Positions 37,882 through 47,941 of a stretch of 47,941 nt of DNA are shown here, piece after piece. Made by a program: the position numbers and the translations under genes. Below the pieces are notes generated by a model that saw only the letters and a program-made list of their open reading frames with translations, made no database searches and was not told where the DNA came from. This DNA comes from Octopus sinensis (lineage: Eukaryota), in contig NW_021834188.1 in the NCBI RefSeq assembly GCF_006345805.1, positions 1 through 47,941 on the forward strand. The letters run 5' to 3'. Numbering within the stretch: position 1 is the first letter of the stretch; each line of letters begins with the position of its first letter.

Positions 37882-39060
37882 CTAACTAAGTTCTGAGGCC
37901 AATTTGTCCATAGTACTTTCTAGTTGGGGGTCTGTTGCCGTGAAATCTATGTTATCTGCAAAGATGACTTCTGTAATATTTCTGAGGATATTATTCCTGA
38001 CATTTCGTAGGGTCGCCTCCAGATATACGATGAATAAGACCGGGGATAAGGCGTCTCCTTGGGGGGTTTCCTTGTTTATTTCAAATACTCTGGATTTCTG
38101 TTTTCCGAGCTGGATAAATAGTTGAGTGGAGAAGAGTAGGTAACGAATTATTCTGATGCAATCTTCGTCGAGTAGTGGCGTTAATATTTGTATCATCTTA
38201 ATTCTACTGATTGAGTCGAATGCTTTAGATAGGTCGATTTCCATTATGTGGTACTCTTCTTTATATTTTTGGCATGAAGCACACATCCATTTGTGGCTCC
38301 AAACAGCATCGGAAGTTGATCTTCCAGAGACAAACCCACTTTGGCTGGGTCCGATAAATTCACGTAGTGGGTCTTTAATTCTCTCCAAAGCGATTAGTGA
38401 TAGAATTTTACAAAGTAAGTTGAGTATTATGATTGTTCTTAAGCTGTTTAGTTTTCCTTTTTCCTTCCCGGGTTTATGTAAGGAAATTAACTTTCCGATT
38501 CCGATGTTAATTTTGGCATGTTCTTCAAAAGTTTTGTTCAAGATGTAAGCAATAAGTTTTTGGAGCTCTTCAGGAGCATTTCTGCGTCTTTACAAATCAA
38601 ACTTTACAATATGTTCGTAAAACCAGTCCTACTGTACAACTCCTCTTGGGCTCACAGTGAAGGAAATAAAAAATCTGAATTTCTTTCACAGAATGCAGCT
38701 GAAATACATCCTAGGAATCTTTTGGCCAAAACGCATTTCAAACAAACATCTCTACTCCAGGTACAATGAACACCCGTTGGACAAAGAAATAAGAAGTAAT
38801 AGATTGGCCTTATTCGGTCACATCCTAAGAATGGACAGGAAAACTCCTGCAAATCTTGCAATGGAACACCACTACGCCCCCACCCGGGGACAAACTTCCG
38901 AGGAAGATCACGAATCACTCTACCAACCCTCCTGCACCAGGACCTAACTTTGATTGGAAAAAGGCTGAAATTGAGCACTTGAGAGAACTATCGAGGAACA
39001 GAGGGACTTGGAAGCGATTAACAAAACGCATCCAGGAACGGGTGGCACAAGCGAGATAAC
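37882..39060. mobile_element. Non-LTR retrotransposon copy with inverted 5' part (RT core on minus strand, C-terminal part on plus strand)
   Basis: Minus 37882-38541: QSGF, DLSKAFD, PQGDALSPVLF, FADN. Plus 38560-39059: KLYNMFVKPVLLY, ILGIFWPKRISN, LFGHILRM, RNRGTWK. Confidence 0.85.
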
Positions 39061-40113
39061 TTTACTAACGTTATTTTGCGGTGTGCTTAATAATAATAAG
39101 TCCTGAGTTTCCAAAGTGAATAGGAAATGACACTTTACGCATTTTCTTCCCTTCTTCCTTCTCTTCTTTGGCTCTGTAGACCTCCAATTAAATTTCAAGA
39201 AAGTATCTCCGTGCAGCAGGCGATAGAACAGTCTGCAATTATTTGAGAACTTCTTTTAATAAACGAAAATCAGCTTCCCCTCTGCCCAGACACGACTCAA
39301 CTCATTCAAATCCCATCTGGCAGCTCGTGCTCGACAAAGTACAGTACTCACTTGACCCGAATCTTGACTCCATTGCTCACATCATTAATTTGCCTAGTCA
39401 GCGCTTGCAGCTCGGTTTTTCTTGCGGCTATCTTTGCGGAAATGTTTGGCCTCCACTTACTCTATGGCCCGAGCTTCTGCGTGATTTCTTCTTGCGTTGT
39501 CTGTGTTGAGTACAAATAGAGAAAAGTCTCGTTTATTTTCTCTGGAGCCTTACGCACAATATGGCACGATTGATGCAACACATAAAGTCAGTCCTGAGTT
39601 GCCACCGATGTATTTTTCGTGTAACTCTGCGCAAATTTTAAAGATATGTATTGAGACATTTTTCAAATAAAACACTAAGCTTGCTTTTCCAAAAACCCTT
39701 GCCTCTTAGCTTAAAAACTGGAACATCCCAAATCAAAAACACTTGAAATTTTTTAATGTAAATATTTTTAAACATTCCTAACATATTCATTAATTAGAGA
39801 TCAAAAAGCCAAGACATTAAGAAAAATTTATTTAGAACAAAACAAACAAGTGCTATCTTCAGACTTTATTATTATTATACCAGTAGGTGAGAATTTTTGT
39901 ACATAATATACCCTGGTAATCTATTTTTTCATTTAAAGAAAGCTTCCGAATTTTTTTATTTGTGTTAGTCTACCTCTTCGTAGAACCCCGTCCCCAATTT
40001 TTAACACAGAGATATCATTCTTTCAAATCCTTTTTTAAAAATTTTTTGTTCAGCCACATCTGAGCAGTGGACAGCCTTTATACTTGTTCTTTTGGTAAAA
40101 AACCATGTCAAAA

Positions 40114-40560
40114 TCATTTTTTATTCAGTTTGAATCGATCCAATTCCGTGAATAATTGATCAATTTCTTCTTTCGTATAATACATATTCATCGACTGATT
40201 GGCATTTTCGTCAAACATAATTCTGAACGGTGCATACGACGCTGAGTTATAGGAACTGGTTATCCTGTTTATTATTGAAATCCATTTATAATTGAGGTTA
40301 TCGGACAAACAAGTGGAGGAGACAAAATATATTTCAAGGATTGGTGTAGTTTTTCTATTTGCCCCTGCACCTAAAGGCATTTTGCATGACCCCTCAGAGG
40401 TTTCATTATGTACTCCTCACATAATCAGGCAATCTTGTCATTGACAAATTTCTCCCCATTGTCCGTGTGAAGAATTAAATCTTTTCCAAACATCAATATT
40501 ATTTTATTGCATTGGACACTTCCATAGCTGATTTGGACAAAAATTGTGCGTCCAACCAAA
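40114..40560 (-). mobile_element. Integrase (Ginger/Gypsy-type) remnant
   Basis: LILHTDNGEKF...VQGQIEKLHQSLK...YN...PF, with stops. Confidence 0.7.
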
Positions 40561-41155
40561 TTTCGAGAATGAATCAAATCAAATTGAATACCTTTTCGTC
40601 AGATTCTTCGATTATTTTTTCATTTATCTTTGCCCAATTGTTTAATGCCGTGTTAATACAGTTTTTGATAAATAGATTTTTTAGACTTAAAACAAGAATC
40701 AAATAATAATCAGCGTAGCTAAAAATTTAATATTTCTTTAAAATGTATAAATTTTAGCAAAACGAGAGTCAATGGTTATAATTTATTTGTGATTTCACAG
40801 ATACAGTCAAACCTCTCTAATTTACCCCATCTATGATTTTTCACATTCTATTTTTATCAAAAAAATTGAAATTCTGTTGCATTGAAAATTATCGACAACA
40901 TAAAAAACATTAAACGGAAAAAAACATTATTAGATTATCTAACTATTTTTCCTAAAAATGTTCTCTCAATAAAAACTTATTTTCTTTATATTGACTAATA
41001 AACTCGTTGAAAACAAAAAATAACAAACCTCCTTTTTTAACACCTCCCTTTTTACCATCATTTTGGTCGGTCTCGTTAGTGGCAATAAATAAAGGATTGA
41101 CTGTATAGTCCTATTAGTACAAAATTTCAGACAAAATCTGAAATAACATTCTAAC

Positions 41156-43595
41156 ATGGTTAAGAAAAATTTTTTAACGGTTAAAGCTCGTGCGAAAGCA
41201 CAAAAACAATCAGCTGTCAAACCACAACTTTTCTATGAACCCACGGAACTTGTAGATCCTATGGAATCTCTGAGAACTATGAAGCCTCAAAAATCCGGTA
41301 AGACGCAAAAATCTTCCGAATCCAATCAGCTGGTAACTTAACGTGACAGCTTAAGCCTCTGCTATATGGTCAGCATCAAAAACCCAACACTGAGGAAAAT
41401 CAAAAGATTCAATCTTCATTCAAAATCCCCCAATGCGTCGAAAGCTCGGATTACTCTACAAAAGTCCGGATCTTTCCGACTCCAATTCCGGTGCGCCGAG
41501 GATGCAGCCGCATTCAAGGCAGAGTTATCTGAAACCAAAATGTTTGGCGAAGGCGGCCATAAACTCGCCTCTGTAGCTGAGAAGGCCTCAGTCCTAATCC
41601 TCAAGGGAATTCTCCATTGGATCTCAACACAGGACCTTAACTTCCATTTGCGAGAAACTCTTGAATAGGACTTCAAGTTCGAAAGATACTCCTGCAATGG
41701 AACTGACATTCCGATTGGGAGCTCACACTGAACTCCAGGGCTGAGGCCAACGCCCTCATCCGCTTTGGAATCACAGCTGGCTTCAGCCATATCCGCTGTG
41801 AATGGCACAAGCCTCCGGCCGTGAAATGCTTCAGATGCAGCCAATTTGGGCACACGTCTCATAAGTGCACTGAGAAAGTTCGTTGCTAGCTCTGTGCCGG
41901 CCAAGGTTAATGTCTGCATTCAGACGTCGCCGGACCCCGGTCCCCACAACAACACGAAGTCAAACACTGTTGAGCACCATAACGCAAAAGTTGACAGCTT
42001 GGCTGTCCTCCGTAAGAAGGCAGAAGCTCTCCATGACAAAGCCCTGCCACAACAAGGTGCTCACTCGAATGCCTTAATGGAATTTTTTCGCCGTTGTCTA
42101 GGAGCCCTGACTAAACTCGGAGTGGATATGGAAATGCTGCAAAAGCTCCTGCTAGGAGGGAGCAATTCAGCAACATAGTCCCCTTGAAAATCGTCGCTGT
42201 GAATGCTCGATCTATTAAGAGACGGCATCACGACTTCGTTGAGATGGTAAACAGCGGCCATCCGGACATTATTGTCGTCAACGAGTCTAAGCTCAGGGAA
42301 AACCAGTCGCATGAACTCCCCGGATATCGATCACTGGACCTAAAATGGGGCACCTGGTTCACGCCAGGGACTGGTTCGAGTATCTTTTATTGCGAAAAAT
42401 TCCAAGTCCGTGACCTCACTATCATCGAGGGCAGGTTATGTGAATTCCTCTCTCTTGAGGTGAAAACCGAATCCTTCTAGCTAAAGGTCGGTGGAATTCT
42501 CAAGTACAGCTCACTGCCTTCTTATCGGAGACCTAAACTCGAAGCACACGGCGTTTGGATCTCGGTTAACCAACCAGGATGGTCGAACACTGAAAAAGAT
42601 CACTGACAAACTTGGTGTTTTTGTCAGGACATCTGAAGACCCGAAGCACCTCTCACCCTTCGGCGGGGACAATCTATGCCTGTGCATCTATTCTCACTCT
42701 GTTGCTAACTTATAGAAAAGCCTACAGTGCTTGACGATATCGGAAGTGACCACTTTCCAATGGAGATCAAAATTCACACTAGTACTGTTAAATAAGAACG
42801 CATATCAACACACTACAGTCTCTCAAGGATCAACTGGCCACACTACAGGAGCTCCATGAGTGCATTCCTGCACGACAACGCTCGCCCTGCTGGCTATAAC
42901 TCAGCCCTCGACATCGACTCCGCAAGCAATGAGTTTAGCAATTTTATGCTTCACTATCTAACATCGTACGGAGCACTGCCATGTGCTGACCGCGAACGAA
43001 GGACCACTTCAAGTGCGAAAGATTATGGAAAAGAGTAACGGGACTTTTCTGTTTGATTTGTTAAAGATATCTTAAGCTAAATCCAGCTAGCTGCATACGC
43101 TACCTGGGGCTTACAATTGACGCTAACTTGGGTTACTGTCTGCATGTCAAGAAAAAGAGAGCGAAAGCTATCGCAGCTCTCCGCCTCTTAAGAAGCATGC
43201 ATCTGGATCCAAGGACTTTCCTCTTTGTGTTCTACGCAACCATCCTACCCAGCTTGCTGTACGGATGGAAGCATAGTACTACTCAAAAGATCTCGAGAAA
43301 ATTAACAGGAAATGCGAAAAAATCCGACGCTACGTGTTAAAGCTAGTTTACAGGCTTGACCCGCGAAGCCCCGTCCCAAGCTGGGCGGAGCCCAAATCCG
43401 ACAGATCATTGAGAAATCTATCCGGTCTTTCCGGAGAAGATCTCAAGTGACCAACCTCTTTATCGATCGGGACCAGTAACCGACAGCAATAGACGTCTCT
43501 TAGAAGAGTTCGACTGGCTCAAGCAGTCGTCTCGTTGTATCGACGCCAAAAAAAATAATTGTCTGTATCAGTCTCTTTCCTTTCTACAATAAAAA
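41156..43595 (+). mobile_element. Degenerate APE-type LINE related to 17182-20690, RT core deleted
   Basis: ORF1 CFRCSQFGHTSHKC; EN NARSI, VNESKL, GDLNSKH, GSDHFP; then a jump to YLG...HLDPRTF...PSLLYG. Confidence 0.85.
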
Positions 43596-44285
43596 TGTCC
43601 ATTTCCTCTTAGTACTAACATGGGACAGTGTTGTGTGTAAATTCTATTAACATCACTGCTACTCAATCGGTCTAAAAGAACCCACACGAACTTACATTCA
43701 CTCTGTGGTTATCCGGAAAACATTAAAAAGTATGCAAGCAGAACATAAGTTTGGAATGGCAACAGTCTTGAAATAAATAAGTGTTCCCATCGAAGAGGAG
43801 GAGAATCGACTGAGAACAGATGAATTAATTAGAAATTAATCATTACTTGTTGTTGTTCTGGTCAATTGTCAAATTATTTGTTTATTTAGGCAATGAAAAA
43901 GAACACATTAAAATGACAAAGACATACAACGAATAATCAAATCACTGCTTTGCTGTAAGAAAAGAAGCTTTTAAGAAATAATATCAAACGAGATGCCGAT
44001 CAAATAAATAGAAATATCTTGAATTAAAAAATTTGGTATGGAAAGCTACTTTTATTAGAAAAAACTTGCGGATACTCGTTAAAATTAACACCGTTCGTTT
44101 CTTATTATTTTACACTGACGGAAAATCATAAGTTATCTAAGTTTTCCTTCGTTGCTTTCTAGAAATAAATATATTTTTTAAATAAATTATAAGTTCAAAT
44201 TAATAATTATATTGTACTGTTATTTAATTTTTGAATATCAATTAATTTAAATAGATTTTAGCGCATATTTGATCTCTGTGTGATT

Positions 44286-45887
44286 ATGGTAAACAAATTA
44301 AAACAAATCAAAAAAGAAGCTGAAGATATACCTGAAACACATATTGAAGTAAATACTAAAAACTAACATAGAACCCCAAAACTGAAATAAAAATTGAATT
44401 AGAGAAGACCCTAGAACCAAATATTGATGAATCGAAAGGACTAAAATCAGCCCTCAACCTAAAATATAATGAAACATTAACTGTATTTTAAAAACAATAA
44501 TTCCCAGCTCAACACAGAGGTCTCCTCTGAAAGGGACAAGAGTCTGTTCATCTTTGAAGTACTCCTAAATCTGATTGTAGTACCCCCTGACCACAAGGAA
44601 CTGTTCGTATGGCATGCAGGACATCAACAGCATTCGAATCAAACCTGAAAACCGACTAGTACTCCTCTTGTTGTAGTCGTAGGTTGAAGTTCAAGTAAAT
44701 AAAGAACAATCCTCGACTAATCCGAAGCCCCCACTTCCAAGAAAACGGAAAAAGAAGCCCCGAAGACGATGTCGACCCTTAAAAGAATCGGAGATCAAGT
44801 TTTTGTTATTTTACTACTCTCAGACTAGTACAGGCCAATAAACTGACGTTGATGTCAGTCCCTGGGAAGAAGGCGAACCACACTCTCCTTGTTGGGAAGA
44901 TTACGGACGGAGAAATGCATTTGAAGCCACTGGAGGACCACATCAAATTAAGACCAAGTTTCACCGTTTATGACGGTTTTATTTCCGCGGAGTTTATAGA
45001 AGATTCGGTAAAAGGGGAACAGGTCTGTCGAGTTAGGAAAGAAACGAGGTTTCAACGGCAGAGACGTTTGCGTTCAAAGAAGTGGCAAGATGAGTGTACT
45101 GCTGCTGAGAATTGGCGTGACTGTGTCTTTGGGGAGGTTACCTGTGCATTTCAGTACTCAGGAATCACTCTCTCTTCGGCCTTCCCAAGAAAAGACTGAA
45201 GAAGGGACTGTACTGACAAGGGGTACTCAAATGGACTATATCAAAGGTCTTGTGCTCTCACACATAAAGGAATATTTGTAGTTTTTTGTTTATTATTACT
45301 TAAAGCCTCTCGATTGAGTCAAATGGGAGTTGGGATGTCATCGCGATGTGCTATTTGAAGGAAATGAACAAAATTGCTTCGATTGAGTATTTTTGTAAGT
45401 ATTTGGACTGTGAACGGGAGGATGTTTTGAGACGTCTTTCTTACTGTTCGCACATAATCGGGGACAATCTCGTTCTCCGCAGGTGGTCGTTGTTGTACAT
45501 TCTAGTGAGTTTGTGTATGCGACTGACTATCAAACTAGTGCTTCGGGTTCGAGTCTGGAAATGCTCCAAATGATTAGGAATTACATTGTAGTTTGTTATT
45601 ATCAGTTTAGCTTGGGGAACTTGTAAAACATTCGATTGATGTTACTCCTTTTGCCATCAACCGTTCATGGAATGTTCCTCTTGTTGAATGCGAGGAACTT
45701 TTACGACACTTTGAGTTTTTGGGGCCCAAGACCATCTCAGCCAAACATTTAGAAAAAAATACAAACAAGTTTTTTTGATTTTTATAACTGGAATAGAAAT
45801 TGTAGCTTTATCAAAGATTCTGTCAAGAGGATGACATCGTTGAGCAAGGAAGCGATTAAAAAAATTAATAAAAATGCCAAAAGTTGA
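44286..45887 (+). CDS. POLR3E: RNA polymerase III subunit RPC5 (Sin-like), multi-exon
   Basis: YPL...IRIKPE..VEV; GEMHLKPLEDHIKLRPSF; ETRFQRQRRLRS...AAENW match the RPC5 N-terminal domain. Short GT-AG introns. Confidence 0.8.
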
Positions 45888-47199
45888 CTAGTGTGGTTAC
45901 GAGTTGTTTTAGAGCCTAAATATGGTTATTGCTTCGATGTTGCCTTTCAAAGTTGTACCAAAACTTCTTTTTGGAATCTTCTGGAATGCAATTTGCTTTT
46001 TGGGAAGGATTTCGGGGGAGACGTACCAGATCCGGTATTTATAAGAATTCTCTAGTTATAGCTTATTAAAATTAGCGATGGATTTTGCATTTTGAATGAA
46101 TAAATTGAAATCCTTTACAGTCCGAATGAAATGCACGCCAAATATACTTTTTATTTAAATAAAAATCTAATTTTTCTGAAACAGATGACGATCATATCAT
46201 TTTAAGATAATATAATTATTTTAAATTGACTGAAAATGATTATCATAATCTTAAGCTGCTGATGATCGAGAAGACGTTGCCCCTCAGGATCGCAATGGAT
46301 ATTCTTTGGAACAACCATTAAATATAATTATTATTAAGCATTGTGACATCGTTTTTGTGAAGTTTTTCCTGCATGTAATACAATAAATTAAGAATTATCT
46401 TGATTATGATCGCGATCTTATATTTTTCTAAGAAGGCAATGGAGAACTATTTCTGTTAAGAGTAAAAAACTCGTTCGTTGGAAGATGCGAGTGACTATCA
46501 ACCTCGCTTAACTTTGCCAGAGGTCTTACAACAATGTAGGACGACAGCTGAAAATGGGAGATGATTTAGATATCTTTGGAGAAATTAAGTGACGCTGTCA
46601 TCAGTGATCTCATTGCGGAACCGGATGTCTTACTCGGCCACACTACAAAGCGCAGAGACATATGACTTAGTTTGGATTAATTAGTTTCTTGGTAAAATGC
46701 TATCTTTTGTCTTGATCTTTACAAAAAAATAAAAAGTGTGGCCGGCCTGAGCAAGATGTCAGCATGTCGTTCTCATCTTACTGGAGGGCTAATTACGATG
46801 TTTAATTTATAAAAAGTAGTCGATTCATTTAACGGCGTGGTCCATTAAATGGACGGTGACACGTGGAATCGTGTAAAATATTACTCCAATTGTGATATTA
46901 TTTCAGCAGTGAAGACGCGAATATTCCCCTTCCATTTGGGAAATTGTCGTTGTCCCAAATGGGTTTACTTGTATAGATAAAGATGGAGTTGAAATTCTAT
47001 ATGTGTTGTTTGTATAAAAATTTTGCCACACAATATGAAACCGAAAACTTTTTCAAGACAATTGCACACATGTCATCCCTATCTGATGCATAAAAATAAG
47101 GATTTTTTAATTTCTTTGCGTCAAAAAATGAAGAATCAAGTATTGACTTGTTACATAAAAATTTTTGGAAAGCGGCTGGTCCTGATAATATACATGCAA

Positions 47200-47430
47200 A
47201 TTTAATAAAATGTGGATCCATTGAATTGGGTGAAATAATCACCATCATACTCAATAAAGCATTTGAAGACAAAAAAATCTTGGAATTAGGTGAGGATGGC
47301 TAATTCCAATACCAAAAACCTGGGAAACTTAGAGGTGTCGCAAACAGTCTAAGACCAATAATTCTATTATCGGTGTTACGGAAAACTTTCTCTATTATTG
47401 TATTAAATCGAATCAAATGAAAAGTCGACA
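47200..47430 (+). mobile_element. RT fragment of the same LINE family as 37882-39060
   Basis: LNKAFED...LIPIPKPGK....NSLRPIILLSVLRKTFSIIVLNRIK. Confidence 0.7.
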
Positions 47431-47444
47431 AATTAAGTTTGAAA

Positions 47445-47802
47445 TTAATTCGTACACCGTTTTATGTTGATCCACGTCTAATTGATGAAAATATTTAAAA
47501 GGCTTTTATTGATATGATCAATCATTCGATTACTAAAGAATTGTATGATAAACTTCCTTTGTCAGGATTTTGGTGGGAAATGCGCAAATGCACTAAATTT
47601 GTTGCTTATTTTTCCGACAACCGATTTATGCAAACATGGTTTTTCAACACTTCTCAATATAAAAAATACTCATCGTGCAAGACTGAATATTAAGGATGTA
47701 AAAAGTAATTTTTAACAGAAATTTGTACAAATATGTTGGGGGTCCGCGAATTTTTATTTCACTCACAAGGGGTCCGCGACCAAAAAAGGTTGAAAACCAC
47801 TG
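47445..47802 (+). mobile_element. hAT (Buster/Charlie) transposon 3' remnant
   Basis: IRTPF...FIDM...LSGFW C-terminal region; terminal aaaggttgaaaaccactg followed by gtttagac (NNNTANNN target). Confidence 0.65.
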
Positions 47803-47941
47803 GTTTAGACCGTAGTTGTGTTTGGTCTGAAAGAAGATGGAGACTTCGATGCAGTTTTTGAATTTTAATAAAGGTTGTGGTGGTTGTAAGATTATCAATA
47901 ATATGGGGTAAATAGTTTGAGATACCTTATTCATCACGATT

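Noticed and set aside
39240-39600. GC-richer stretch with possible minus-strand coding potential
   Set aside because: No recognisable motif or consistent exon structure could be established.
40802-40830. TA-CAGTCAAACCTCTCTA pogo-like terminus
   Set aside because: No matching partner TIR or transposase sequence found nearby.

Overview
AT-rich eukaryotic DNA from a compact-genome animal, most plausibly a reduced parasite such as a myxozoan or dicyemid; this is inferred from an animal-type LDH and 23-26 nt introns. The ORF track fragments the genes because they are split by ultra-short GT-AG/GC-AG introns. Host genes are LDH, a PIAS SUMO E3 ligase, RNA Pol III subunit RPC5, 5S rRNA, a cathepsin prodomain, thiolase and DEAD-box fragments, and orphans. 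They lie among many transposons (Tc1/IS630, pogo, Ginger, Merlin, hAT, several LINE families). About 12 kb is duplicated in direct orientation (1-12577 and 24016-35407). The most striking signal is a ~2.8 kb decayed, intron-less bacterial insert present in both copies (681-3440 and 24698-27456, minus strand). It reads xseB fragment / dxs / nadK / DUF3604 C-terminus and carries Chlamydiae-type motifs, so it is a probable chlamydia-to-animal horizontal transfer now fossilised as pseudogenes. All family calls come from manual translation and motif recall, not from database searches.
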